Virus record (IMG/VR): IMGVR_UViG_3300029573_000020
Coordinates: 1 to 38,676 of that record
DNA: 38,676 bases
Direction: 5' to 3' (one strand)
Source: a virus
A program made the position numbers and the translations under genes. The number at the start of each line of letters is the position of its first letter. Position 1 is the stretch's first letter. Positions 1-8,996 of the stretch are shown piece after piece. Below the pieces are notes generated by a model. That model was not told where the DNA came from and ran no database searches. It saw nothing but the letters and a program-made list of their open reading frames with translations.

Positions 1-74
1 GCCTCCAAGATGCTTTTCAGCTTTGTCGCACTCTGCTCTCCTGCCGTGCGGTGCTTCTTAGCCTCGTTGTTGAG
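1..74. repeat. Terminal duplication. 1..74 is identical to 38603..38676 (circular assembly overlap or terminal redundancy).
   Basis: Direct comparison of the two ends: gcctccaagatgcttttcagctttgtcgcactctgctctcctgccgtgcggtgcttcttagcctcgttgttgag is present at both termini. Confidence 0.9.
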
Positions 75-161
75 AGTGTTAATTTCGCCCTTGATAGCAG
101 CGATGAGGTCAGCACCGTTCTCAACTTTTTCCAGTGCTTCGTAAACCTGTTTCATTTCCAT
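1..161 (-). CDS. Phage scaffolding protein, N-terminal part. The gene wraps across the window junction and continues at 38602..38122.
   Basis: ATG at 161..159 (MEMKQVYEALEKVENGADLIAAIKGEINTLNNEAKKHRTAGEQSATKLKSILEA...) preceded by GGAGGT at 7-nt spacing. The reading frame continues exactly into the minus-strand ORF 38122..38610 once the 74-bp duplicated ends are collapsed. Confidence 0.7.
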   Translation of the reverse strand, partial: MEMKQVYEALEKVENGADLIAAIKGEINTLNNEAKKHRTAGEQSATKLKSILE

Positions 162-214
162 TTCTGATACCTCCATATCATGGGCCTCCGCCCTATATTG
201 TGCCCTCTCCTGGG

Positions 215-253
215 CAATAAAAAAGCGCATCTTGTGAAATTCACAAAATACGC
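215..253 (-). terminator. Rho-independent terminator on the minus strand, downstream of the toxin/immunity cassette.
   Basis: On the minus-strand RNA the segment GCGUAUUUUGUGAA/UUCACAAGAUGCGC forms a 14-bp stem (two G·U pairs, which are mismatches on the plus strand) followed by UUUUUUAUUG. Confidence 0.6.
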
Positions 254-313
254 TAATTATTAACTTGTTTGTTATATAAAAAAGCAACAGTATAGCTATG
301 AATTTAATTATTA

Positions 314-559
314 TTAATACCAAGCTTCCCATGATTCTTCTGGGAATTGACCATTTCTAACTAACTTATTAATATGAGAACACGCATGAAATTTATAAGC
401 ATCCCATATGCCAGGAATGTCTTTCAAAATGTCAAAATCATAGTTTTTAAGACCGACTTGAATAACACCATATTCTCCATCTTTTCCTTCTGGGTAGAAC
501 CTGTATTGTACGTATTCTTTTGTAAGTTTATGTAGAATAATTTTTACCATTAGAATCAT
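314..559 (-). CDS. Hypothetical 81-aa protein. Candidate immunity protein for the MuF C-terminal toxin-like domain.
   Basis: ORF immediately downstream of, and overlapping, the MuF-CTD gene. It lies in the same AT-rich (~33% GC) island and is followed by its own terminator. No family recognised. Confidence 0.45.
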   Translation of the reverse strand: MILMVKIILHKLTKEYVQYRFYPEGKDGEYGVIQVGLKNYDFDILKDIPGIWDAYKFHACSHINKLVRNGQFPEESWEAWY

Positions 560-2129
560 ACCTCTTATCTATAGCAGCCTTATAGTTATATTTCTTTTCC
601 GCTAGTATATGTGCTTCACTATAATTATAACCCATTTTTTTCATTATAGCTAGCTCTAAATGTTCATGATTAAGTAAAATAATATCGCAATCGCGTATAT
701 CTTTCCCGTTCAATAAACGAGTAAAGCTATCTGCCATATCTGGATCAGGAAGGAATGTACTAGTACCCGACTGTAGTTCGTGTTTAGTAATAAAAACATG
801 CTCAAAAATTCTATTTAATCTACTTATCGAATACCCTGTATTCTTATGTATTTTACTAGCAAAATCATTTTTGCCACAATCAATAATTCTGGCATAGGTC
901 TGCTTGGCCTCTTCTTCTAATTTAAAATATTCTTGAACACTGATTAACGCACCCATTTCAAATGTGTGCAGCCTGCCTTTTACTTCCCGCATTCCAGCAT
1001 ACCCACGCATATACTTGCGCCAATCCTTGCCATCTTCCCACGCCTTCAAGCCTTTACGCCCCAACACCTGCGCCCTGCGTGGCTCCGGCAAGCTATTCAG
1101 CCATTTGTCGCCTGCTTCCCGCACCTGGTCGCGCTGCTGCTGCATATCAACTTCGCCTTCAATGACTTCCACGTACCGGCATAAGCAATGCGGATGTACC
1201 GGCAAAGATGGCAGCTTATCATTGGGATATATTCCTGCACCTAAGCCATACATATCAGCTTTGGCGTACATGTCGCAGATATCAAAAACAGGGTGACGGC
1301 TGCTTAACTTGAATTTCACAGCCACAATATCAGCGTCATCTTTTATCTTTGCTATGAAGCCATCAGCCCATGCCCTCGCCATCTCGGTTCGGGTGATACG
1401 TTCGGCAACATAGCGGGATTTTTCGTTGACAGCAACTTCCACGGCCTTTTCAATAGCCTTTTCATTGCCTTTTTGCACTGCTTCCAGCAATTTATTATAG
1501 GCTGCCTGCAGTGCCTTGTTAGGTGCGCCATTTTTAGCCAGACGATTGATGTTGTCAATGGCCTGCCTTTGCTCAGCCAATGCCTGCAGGTCGTTGCCTG
1601 TAGCTTCCCTTACCTTCTGCAGATACTTTGGCAGGTTCTGCCTGCTGATAATATCCTTGCCACCGTTATATACGTTCTGGCCATCATCGCCATATCCGTC
1701 AAACAACGCCCTTGCAGCCTCAGTCCAGGTCTTGTTCCGGCGCATCTGCTCCTGCAGGGTGCTTACAATGGCATCACGCATTTTCACGCCTACGCCATGC
1801 AGCTTTTCGGATAGCGTCATGCCGCTTTCATCCCATTTACTGGCCAGCTCTTCGCCCATGCTTTCTACTTGCGCTTTAGTCAGCATAGTCGGAACGATAC
1901 CATAAGCATAAGCTGCAGCCTCTACAAGCGCAGGCTTCAGTTCCGGTAGCGTAAACAGCTTACCATAGTGGCGCTGCACATTATCCAGTGCCTCTTCAAA
2001 CTTCATGCCACTAGCAATCAGCCTTTGTAAGTAAGCTACTGCTTTTTTAGCATCCTTGCGCCAGCTTTTATTCAGTTTGTTAATCAGCTGCGCCAGTCTG
2101 TCCGTCGTCGCCATCATCGCCACCGCCAT
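528..2129 (-). CDS. Head morphogenesis protein (SPP1 gp7 / Phage_Mu_F family) with a ~140-aa C-terminal extension encoded in AT-rich DNA (528..~960). The extension is a putative polymorphic-toxin domain.
   Basis: The MuF-like core (…RITRTEMARAWADGF…HPHCLCRYVEVIEG) sits directly after the portal gene, as in SPP1. There is an abrupt GC drop at ~960 for the C-terminal domain. The start is taken at ATG 2129 (MAVAMMATTD). Confidence 0.75.
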   Translation of the reverse strand: MAVAMMATTDRLAQLINKLNKSWRKDAKKAVAYLQRLIASGMKFEEALDNVQRHYGKLFTLPELKPALVEAAAYAYGIVPTMLTKAQVESMGEELASKWDESGMTLSEKLHGVGVKMRDAIVSTLQEQMRRNKTWTEAARALFDGYGDDGQNVYNGGKDIISRQNLPKYLQKVREATGNDLQALAEQRQAIDNINRLAKNGAPNKALQAAYNKLLEAVQKGNEKAIEKAVEVAVNEKSRYVAERITRTEMARAWADGFIAKIKDDADIVAVKFKLSSRHPVFDICDMYAKADMYGLGAGIYPNDKLPSLPVHPHCLCRYVEVIEGEVDMQQQRDQVREAGDKWLNSLPEPRRAQVLGRKGLKAWEDGKDWRKYMRGYAGMREVKGRLHTFEMGALISVQEYFKLEEEAKQTYARIIDCGKNDFASKIHKNTGYSISRLNRIFEHVFITKHELQSGTSTFLPDPDMADSFTRLLNGKDIRDCDIILLNHEHLELAIMKKMGYNYSEAHILAEKKYNYKAAIDKRYDSNGKNYST

Positions 2130-3456
2130 TATCACCAAAAGCATGGCTATAATCCAGCTTTTCCTGCTCCAAGTGCTCTTCGTAGGTCTTCACCAGCGCG
2201 TCAAAGTCATCAGCCTTAAGCTCCGGCAGATAGCTGGTAAGAACTCTCTTGAACACTTCCATGTTAAATTCATCGCCAAAGTTCAAGCCTTTAGCAATTT
2301 CAGCATTAGCAAGCTCCTGCTCAACCTCACTGATTTTGAAGTCATTCGGGTAGTTCACACTGTATTCCAGCGGCACACCGGTCCAGATACTGAACAGCCT
2401 TGCCAGATTCTCTTCCGCTGCTTCCACGAGGTCTGCAAAATCGGATAAGATCTGATTGGTTGCCTCATAATCCCACGCTTTCGCCTGCCCGCTCTGCTGC
2501 TTGCTGGAGCCTGTTACGTTGACCACAACGGCCATGCGGTAAATCTCCTGCTGCAGTGTAGCAATCTGCGCTGCCAGCACCGTTGCAGGACCATCAGGCG
2601 GAGCGATGAACGCAGGTGCGTGGCTGCTCTCCGGCGGATATCCCAACGCATTATTGGTGCCGATGTTGATGCTGTCCGGGTCACTCGAAGGGTAACACAG
2701 AACGCTGAAGGTCTGATTGACCAGGATATCAGCCAACCAGCTGCACATATTGTAGATAGCAAGATTTGTTTTTGCTATGCTAAGGAATTCACTAGGTGGG
2801 AAAGGATTGTGACTATTCCTCACTTTGCTAACTAGAGGAACAACCGGTACGCGCCCAAGATTCCAGGTCCCGCTATGCTTGCCTTTGCTGTCGATAAGCT
2901 CCCAGCCTTCTGCCGTCAGTGTTCGTGTCGCCATCGTCTGTTCCTGGTATGCATCAGGCTCTACGAAAACAAACTTTGTGATACGTCCCAGCTTATCCTG
3001 ACAGATTTCCTTTACGGCATTAAGATTCACTACAAAAGCATAAGGCAGGTTATTGCGGTCCGCTTCCAGGTCTGCCACGCGCATATCCTCAGCATCGCCC
3101 TGAGCCTTATCCATAACGATATAAGCGACACCCTGCAGCTTCGCACTGCAGGCAGCCTGCTTCATAAGGTTCTGGATGCTGGTGCCCAAGAAGTCAACGT
3201 CCTTACTGAAGGTTTCCCACAGCTCCGAGCCTGCGCCGCTCCAGTCACGCACAGCCAGTGTTTTGAAGATTGGCGCTACATGAGCATTAACGCAGGGCGC
3301 AAGATAATTAAGGTAGTACGCCAGCTCGCGCCTCATGCCGTACTTTCCTGCATCCTCACGCGGGTGCTGGGTTAAATAGCTGCCGTCAAGAAAGCCTCCG
3401 CAGCCTTCATAGCCATCTTCCAGCATTTTGTATAATCCATGTTTATCATTACGCAT
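2080..3456 (-). CDS. Portal protein
   Basis: 459 aa. Located between TerL and MuF. ATG at 3456 with GAGGTG RBS. Size and position are typical of an SPP1-like portal. Confidence 0.8.
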   Translation of the reverse strand: MRNDKHGLYKMLEDGYEGCGGFLDGSYLTQHPREDAGKYGMRRELAYYLNYLAPCVNAHVAPIFKTLAVRDWSGAGSELWETFSKDVDFLGTSIQNLMKQAACSAKLQGVAYIVMDKAQGDAEDMRVADLEADRNNLPYAFVVNLNAVKEICQDKLGRITKFVFVEPDAYQEQTMATRTLTAEGWELIDSKGKHSGTWNLGRVPVVPLVSKVRNSHNPFPPSEFLSIAKTNLAIYNMCSWLADILVNQTFSVLCYPSSDPDSINIGTNNALGYPPESSHAPAFIAPPDGPATVLAAQIATLQQEIYRMAVVVNVTGSSKQQSGQAKAWDYEATNQILSDFADLVEAAEENLARLFSIWTGVPLEYSVNYPNDFKISEVEQELANAEIAKGLNFGDEFNMEVFKRVLTSYLPELKADDFDALVKTYEEHLEQEKLDYSHAFGDNGGGDDGDDGQTGAAD

Positions 3457-3469
3457 TTTTTCACCTCTC

Positions 3470-4852
3470 TTAATAGTTGACGCGCATCGGTTTAGGCCTT
3501 GCCACCTCCACGATGTCCTCACATACGCCTGTCAAAGCATCCGGAGCATCATCGTGTGTGTTCTTGCCTTCCTTCTGGTACTTGCTCAGTGCTGCATAAA
3601 ACTCCGGCCAGCGGTTCTTCCAATCGCTTGGGAAATAAATATGCTCCATGCACCACGTAGCATTAGACAAGATTCTTGCAGCCTTGTTCTTATGCTGCGT
3701 AAAGGTTTCAATGGTTGTATGGTTGCTATGCAGCAGCTTCTTCACGTTCCTGGCAAATCCACGCCCGCCATTGTTGCTTTCAAAGCGTGCCACATTCGTG
3801 CTGTTGCGTTCCAGTGCCATTGCCGTTGCCGGTTCAGTATCCTCCATGGGTGCCTTTGTGTATAAAACGTCAAGCACATACGCTTCATCCGCGAACGTGC
3901 GCCCATAGATAATGCAGCAAAGGTAATCGGCACCGGTATCAGCAGTATCGGTATAAGCACGAATCTGCTTGAAGGCAGGCAGCGCGCCGTCATAGGTCTT
4001 GAAGCTGCTGTACAGCCTGCCTTTGATATCAATCGGCTCCTGCTGGTAGTTGGCGCTCCATATGTCAAGCCCCATAAGCTGCTTCTTCTCCATGCAGCTT
4101 TCAGCATCCAGCACGCCATCACACAGCATGCTGCCGTCATCCTGCACTGCCTTCATGTTGATATGCACGATTTTTTCTGCCGGATAATATTCCAGCACCT
4201 TGCCTGCCAAATCATCACTAGCCCAACGCGTCATAATGACGATGATTTTATAATTGCCCTCGCCACGTGACAGCATGGTATTGGTGAACCAGTCCCAGTG
4301 CTTTTCTTTGACATTTTCGTTATAGGCTTCTTCCGCATTCTTGATTAAATCGTCTATGATCATCAGCCTGCAGCCAAAGCCTGTCGCTGTACCGGTTGGC
4401 GATGTAGCAAGGTAACTTGTCTGCTGTCCTTCGAGGCTCCACAGGTTCATAGCGCCGTCGCCACGCTTAATTTTGGTAGCGGGGAATACATCACTATAGA
4501 CCGGCTTATAAACATCCGCCTTGGCCTCACTGATGCTGTCACGCACGTTCTTGCTGAAGCGCGTCGACAGAGTTTCATTATAAGAGCCAATCATAACCTG
4601 CAAGGTGTTATCCCTGCCCAGCGCCCATTCCACGAAGTTGCTGGCCGTATAACTCTTGCCATGACGCGGAGGCATGTTCAGTACAAGTATCTTCTTATCT
4701 GAGGTCAAGAACCATTGCAAGGTATCGCACAGCTCCTGCAGATACTTGCGGTCACTCCGGTAGAAGTCGGGGTTCTTCAGCTGGGCGTAAAAAAAGAACC
4801 TGCGTCTTGCAAGTTCTATCTTTGCTCCCAATGTTATAAGCTGCTTATCCAT
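3470..4852 (-). CDS. terL: Terminase large subunit
   Basis: 460 aa. Walker A-like motif LNMPPRHGKS. A C-terminal nuclease-like region is present. The gene follows the TerS candidate with an 8-nt overlap. Confidence 0.9.
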   Translation of the reverse strand: MDKQLITLGAKIELARRRFFFYAQLKNPDFYRSDRKYLQELCDTLQWFLTSDKKILVLNMPPRHGKSYTASNFVEWALGRDNTLQVMIGSYNETLSTRFSKNVRDSISEAKADVYKPVYSDVFPATKIKRGDGAMNLWSLEGQQTSYLATSPTGTATGFGCRLMIIDDLIKNAEEAYNENVKEKHWDWFTNTMLSRGEGNYKIIVIMTRWASDDLAGKVLEYYPAEKIVHINMKAVQDDGSMLCDGVLDAESCMEKKQLMGLDIWSANYQQEPIDIKGRLYSSFKTYDGALPAFKQIRAYTDTADTGADYLCCIIYGRTFADEAYVLDVLYTKAPMEDTEPATAMALERNSTNVARFESNNGGRGFARNVKKLLHSNHTTIETFTQHKNKAARILSNATWCMEHIYFPSDWKNRWPEFYAALSKYQKEGKNTHDDAPDALTGVCEDIVEVARPKPMRVNY

Positions 4853-5201
4853 CCATACCAGCCAGCTTTTTCAGTTCTGCATCCGTCAGCCCTGCGAACG
4901 GATTAGAAAGCTCACCGGAGATTTCCACATTTTCTTTAGGCTTCAGGCCTACAGTATCACGATAAATTTCAAACGCCCTGATGTTGCCACGCTTGGCCTT
5001 CAGCTTCAGTGCATCCAGCATCTCCTTACGCTCATCGTCGGTCGTGAAGTCAGCGTCCAGCTCGCGGAACGACTTCAAGCGGCGGCGTGCTTCACCGGAT
5101 GCCTGCCCGCCTTTTTTGCCATTTCTCGCCGCTTCCTCGCCGCTTCGAAACCTTGTGGCTTTTCCATTCTTCAAATTATCCAGTTGTTTCTTTGTAGGCA
5201 T
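4845..5201 (-). CDS. terS: Terminase small subunit (putative)
   Basis: ~118-aa basic protein immediately upstream of and overlapping terL. ATG at 5201. Confidence 0.55.
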   Translation of the reverse strand: MPTKKQLDNLKNGKATRFRSGEEAARNGKKGGQASGEARRRLKSFRELDADFTTDDERKEMLDALKLKAKRGNIRAFEIYRDTVGLKPKENVEISGELSNPFAGLTDAELKKLAGMDG

Positions 5202-5589
5202 CCATCTCACACCACCTTAATCCCACATCATCAATAATATCCCAAAATTCTTCCACATCATGCGGCACAACGTAGAAGCCTGTTTCGTCTTTCTCAAAAT
5301 CAATACCAACATGATGCAGCTCATGCCTTAATAATGTTTCTAGCTGCTTTTCGCTAAAGCCAACTACATTCGGTTCATAGACCACAATAAAAAAATCATA
5401 AGGACAGCACCAGCTGTAGCGGTCGCTCACTAAGTTACAATCCGCAAATATCGTCCGCTTATTGCGCTTCTTCTCTTCCAGGCTGGATAAGTAGGCTATT
5501 TTTACTTTAGCGGCCTTGATATCCGCAAACTCTGGCAAGGTGCGTATCAGCTTATTAGCCATCAGCCTATACTTTTTACTGTGCTCCAT
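5176..5589 (-). CDS. Putative HExxH zinc metallopeptidase-like phage protein
   Basis: HELHH motif within LRHELHHVGIDFE. GAGGT RBS 5 nt before ATG 5589. Confidence 0.5.
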   Translation of the reverse strand: MEHSKKYRLMANKLIRTLPEFADIKAAKVKIAYLSSLEEKKRNKRTIFADCNLVSDRYSWCCPYDFFIVVYEPNVVGFSEKQLETLLRHELHHVGIDFEKDETGFYVVPHDVEEFWDIIDDVGLRWCEMDAYKETTG

Positions 5590-5790
5590 GATATACCTCG
5601 AATTCTTCTACCCTTGCCGGACGCGCCGCATTGCAGTGCGGTGTCCTTGCGTCCGGAAAGAAGGTGTTCTATTCCGGCGTGGTAAAAATTTACAAAAACC
5701 CACGCCCGGCAAAGGCAGAAAATATATAAAGGCAGTCACCGCAGTTTCTGCCCCTCACTACTTCGCCCGCAGGCTTTTCGTTATTCTTAT

Positions 5791-5877
5791 TGGTGCGTAG
5801 GGCTGGAATTGCACCAGCGTTGTATCTTACGTCACGGATTTACAGTCCGCTGCCTTCGCTACTCGGCTCACCTACGC
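5791..5877 (-). tRNA. tRNA-Tyr (anticodon GTA), type II with a long variable arm and slightly non-canonical features
   Basis: Minus-strand sequence GCGTAGG-TGA-GCC-GAGTAGCGAA-GGC-A-GCGGA-CTGTAAA-TCCGT-GACGTAAGATACAAC-GCTGG-TGCAATT-CCAGC-CCTACGC-A-CCA. It has a 7-bp acceptor stem, U33, the GUA anticodon, A37, a G53-C61 pair, an encoded CCA end and a CCGAG D-loop motif like bacterial tRNA-Tyr. Position 55 is G instead of U, and the D stem has a bulge. Confidence 0.55.
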
Positions 5878-6002
5878 ATATTAAAGCAGGGGGTGAAGGA
5901 ATTCTTGACGCCAGCTATGCTGCGCTGCGAATATTTGCAATGTCCTATTCGCAACTTGCATCTACTCCCATTCGGGAACCTTGACCCTGCACCCGGGTAT
6001 CT

Positions 6003-6560
6003 TTAAAATCTTACCATAACGCCACCCATGACATTATCAGCTCTGCCAGCTACCCAACCACCAGCATTGCCTTTCAGCGGGAAGTTAATAACGCCTACCG
6101 CGCCATCTTTAGAGATGCCAGCACCAATGCCCCAGCGCCGCGTTTTATCCACTACCGGTATCTTTATATTAAGATCCGTGCTGCTGGTCTGCGTCAGCGT
6201 CAGTTTATTCTTGTCAAACAGGTACTGTTCATTCTCTGCTTTGGCCACAACGAAGGCCTTGTCATTAACCTTAACATTCAGCACCGGCTTATTGAGCTTC
6301 ACGTCAATATCCGTTTTTTCCGGTTCGCTTTTAGTACTGCCATCAGCAGACTTGTAGATAACAGTTTCTTTAGGCACATAAGCGATTTCCGTTTTCACCT
6401 TGTCCCGGTATTCAACCTGGGTAACTACTTTTGTGTCAGCCACCGGGCAGGTATGCAGAACACCGCGCAGAACGAAACCGCCGGCAAAGGCTAGCACAGC
6501 AGCTATTATTAAAAATATTGCATTTTTACTTATCACTGTGCGCCTACCTTTCCATGGCAT
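6003..6560 (-). CDS. Hypothetical N-terminally membrane-anchored protein (185 aa)
   Basis: ATG 6560 (MPWKGRRTVISKNAIFLIIAAVLAFAGGFVL…) with GGTGGGG RBS. Single TM helix. The C-terminus is Gly-rich and ends in …GGVMVRF. Confidence 0.5.
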   Translation of the reverse strand: MPWKGRRTVISKNAIFLIIAAVLAFAGGFVLRGVLHTCPVADTKVVTQVEYRDKVKTEIAYVPKETVIYKSADGSTKSEPEKTDIDVKLNKPVLNVKVNDKAFVVAKAENEQYLFDKNKLTLTQTSSTDLNIKIPVVDKTRRWGIGAGISKDGAVGVINFPLKGNAGGWVAGRADNVMGGVMVRF

Positions 6561-6683
6561 AGTAAAAGCCCCACCGCCATTACAGCAGCAGGGCCTTGCT
6601 CCCTTGCGTCTCTTGTTTTCTTCTCCGCTTATTATAATTATATCATCAGCGGATACTGTCAAACAATGTCACAACATATATTT

Positions 6684-6869
6684 TTACAATTTTTTATTCC
6701 ATCTCTGAACTATTTCAAGGAAAAATTCCCCGTCTCTCGCCAGCTCAAATCTTTTATAGCATGGGCAGTAAATCCCTAAAACGCCTTGCTTATTAAATGC
6801 ACACCTTGGCTGCATGCCGCAGCAGTCATTGATTTTCAGGTTCAGTTTCTTTCTTTTCTTCTTCATCAT
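6684..6869 (-). CDS. Small Cys-rich hypothetical protein
   Basis: MMKKKRKKLNLKINDCCGM…CPCYKRF. Overlaps the 3' end of the ArpU-like gene in another frame. Confidence 0.3.
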   Translation of the reverse strand: MMKKKRKKLNLKINDCCGMQPRCAFNKQGVLGIYCPCYKRFELARDGEFFLEIVQRWNKKL

Positions 6870-7266
6870 GCGCCAGCCTTTCCAAGATGGCTGCATGGCG
6901 GCGGTGTACGCTGCGCCAGTTGATACCCATACGTACAGCCACTTCTTCCCACGTGTAGTTGCTGAAATAATGCATTCGCAGCATCATCTGGTCTTCAGCA
7001 GGCAGCGGTTCAATGGCCTTTTCAATATCCATCTGCAAACCTACCAGCGCGCCAAACTTTTCGTAATACAGACTGCGCAGTTTATCAGCCTTGGCAATGG
7101 CATTGGTTACATTGTCACGACCGCTATTGCCGCCACCGGGCATCCCTGTTAATTGCGAAATCCTTGGCGATGTCATCATGTTGGTAAGCTCGTTCACCTG
7201 GTCCTGCAAATCCATTATCTCCATTTTCAGATGCTTGCATTTACGCAGATCATATTTCGTTATCAA
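6826..7266 (-). CDS. ArpU/RinA-family late transcriptional activator (sigma-70 region-4-like HTH)
   Basis: C-terminal LPAEDQMMLRMHYFSNYTWEEVAVRMGINWRSVHRRHAAILERL resembles sigma region 4. It sits upstream of the packaging genes, as in Firmicutes phages. Confidence 0.6.
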   Translation of the reverse strand: MITKYDLRKCKHLKMEIMDLQDQVNELTNMMTSPRISQLTGMPGGGNSGRDNVTNAIAKADKLRSLYYEKFGALVGLQMDIEKAIEPLPAEDQMMLRMHYFSNYTWEEVAVRMGINWRSVHRRHAAILERLAHDEEEKKETEPENQ

Positions 7267-7440
7267 TTTTTCACCCTCTTTTCACGTCCACACCCGCAAA
7301 TATACCTAAATTCTTCACCGACTTTTTTTAGCTCCATCTTCCCATGTCAAACGCCACAACTACGTTCGTTGGGAAGATTATTTACAGAAAAATGATTTCT
7401 TTTAAATTTTCTTTTTAGGCTCATTTTGCGTCCCTTAACG

Positions 7441-7767
7441 TCAGACTTCTTCGAAAATCATATCCGGATACTTATACAGCAGCATTTTCCGCTTCAGCAA
7501 ATAGTCCTTTGTTCTAAAGCCCTTAGTGTCAACCACTACTATGCGCCCATCTTTATATTTGACAACAAAATCAGCAATGTACTTTATTGCTCTTTCGGTT
7601 TTGCCGGCATGTCTGAATTTAGGCTGCAGCTCGAACGTTACCTGACGTTCAAATTCTATAACCTCGCCCGCCATGCGCAGCACTTTCAGTTCGCAATAAT
7701 AATTTTTTTCTTTGATGCTGTCAAAGATGATGCCATCACATTCAACTTTTTTGTTATGGTATTTCAT
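7441..7767 (-). CDS. DUF1064-family phage protein
   Basis: MKYHNKKVECDGIIFDS… start typical of DUF1064. ATGA overlap with the upstream ORF's stop. Confidence 0.55.
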   Translation of the reverse strand: MKYHNKKVECDGIIFDSIKEKNYYCELKVLRMAGEVIEFERQVTFELQPKFRHAGKTERAIKYIADFVVKYKDGRIVVVDTKGFRTKDYLLKRKMLLYKYPDMIFEEV

Positions 7768-7937
7768 TGCTGCTTGCGCGTCCTTTCCCATTCAGCCAAC
7801 GCATCCGGCGTGCCAAATTCTTTTAACAGCTCACGCTGGCATTTTTCACAGTAAACTGGTCGACCGTTGTCGAAAATGCTCGATACAGCCTTTTCTTTAT
7901 CGCACCACACGCAAACTTCACCTGCGCTAGTTTCCAT
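7764..7937 (-). CDS. Small CxxC…CxxC zinc-finger protein
   Basis: METSAGEVCVWCDKEK…CEKCQREL. GGGGGTG RBS 6 nt before ATG 7937. Confidence 0.4.
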   Translation of the reverse strand: METSAGEVCVWCDKEKAVSSIFDNGRPVYCEKCQRELLKEFGTPDALAEWERTRKQQ

Positions 7938-7949
7938 GTTGCACACCCC

Positions 7950-8345
7950 CTAAAACGGAATCTCTTCGTCAAAAGGCACCTGCTGGCCGAAACTTTCCAT
8001 GCTCTGCGGTACTGGCTGCTGTGATGTCTGCTCCTTGCGCTCGATGAATTCGGCATGGTTGACGATTACTTCAGTAACCCAGCGCTTGCTTCCGTCTTTG
8101 GCATCATAGCTGCGGATTTGCAAGCGGCCTTCTACCAACAGACGTTGTCCCTTATGCACGTAGTTGCCGATTGTTTCTGACGTCTTTCCCCACGTTACGC
8201 AAGGGATAAAGTCCGCTTCACGGCTGCCGTCTTTAGTGTAGGGGCGGTCAACAGCCAGCGTAAACTGTGCTACGCAGGCACCGCTAGGGGTATATCTGAT
8301 TTCTGGATCTTTGGTCAAACGGCCTAACAGCATAATTCTATTCAT
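7950..8345 (-). CDS. ssb: Single-stranded DNA-binding protein
   Basis: MNRIMLLGRLTKDPEIRYTPSGACVAQFTLAV… OB-fold pattern with an acidic C-terminal tail …FDEEIPF. Confidence 0.9.
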   Translation of the reverse strand: MNRIMLLGRLTKDPEIRYTPSGACVAQFTLAVDRPYTKDGSREADFIPCVTWGKTSETIGNYVHKGQRLLVEGRLQIRSYDAKDGSKRWVTEVIVNHAEFIERKEQTSQQPVPQSMESFGQQVPFDEEIPF

Positions 8346-8451
8346 TCTCATTCTCTCCTTTCAGCACCAAACGCAGCACCAGTACAATGACCAGCGCCAG
8401 GCAGATTGTTCCTGCCGCATTGTAGATTAACTCAGTAAACGGTATATCCAT
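8338..8451 (-). CDS. Small hydrophobic peptide (37 aa)
   Basis: MDIPFTELIYNAAGTICLALVIVLVLRLVLKGENENE. TAATG overlap with the upstream gene. Not in the ORF track because it is under 60 aa. Confidence 0.3.
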   Translation of the reverse strand: MDIPFTELIYNAAGTICLALVIVLVLRLVLKGENENE

Positions 8452-8996
8452 TATTTATCCTTTCTTTCATCATCCCGAAGGAGATAGCAACCACAAATGG
8501 GGCAAAAATTATAGTATCTTAATGTCGATTCCTTACAGCAGTCGCAATACACTTTGCCATTCTCTTTGTTCCAGACTGCCTTAGCTACTCTAACTCCATT
8601 GCCTGGAGCAACCTTGATTCCTACCAAATTCTCAACCCCGACCTCCTCAATCTTTGAGCGGATTGCAGCGATGGCCTTGTGCAGATAATCAACATCTCCA
8701 CTATCACACCACATATTCAGATTTAAACGCACTGCTGTAATAAAGGACGGGTTTTGCTCATCTTGGTTTTTATCCTCAACGACTTCATTTTCTTTAACCA
8801 GTTTGTCGATATACCAGCGGGCTTTTTTCAGGTCCTCAACGCCATTCTTCTGGCCCCAGCGCCACAGATACTTGATGGCATTAGCGGTGCAAACAGCATC
8901 AATGCCTTTCAGGTTAATCGTAGCCGCCGCCAGTGCGTCGATGCACTCAACAACGCCTTGGGTGTAGTGCTTGGGATGGTTTACATTGTCAGTCAT
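8451..8996 (-). CDS. DUF3310-family protein with a C-terminal zinc ribbon
   Basis: N-terminal NHPKHYTQGVVECIDALAAAT… pattern of DUF3310. C-terminal CDCCKES…CPICGC. AAGGGGG RBS. Confidence 0.5.
   Translation of the reverse strand: MTDNVNHPKHYTQGVVECIDALAAATINLKGIDAVCTANAIKYLWRWGQKNGVEDLKKARWYIDKLVKENEVVEDKNQDEQNPSFITAVRLNLNMWCDSGDVDYLHKAIAAIRSKIEEVGVENLVGIKVAPGNGVRVAKAVWNKENGKVYCDCCKESTLRYYNFCPICGCYLLRDDERKDK

Noticed and set aside
5791-5877. tRNA-Tyr as the attP/integration target
   Set aside because: attP normally abuts int. This tRNA is 13 kb away, is complete including its own acceptor stem, and int's convergent non-coding junction at 20390..20800 has arm-type repeats. It is therefore called a phage-borne tRNA instead.
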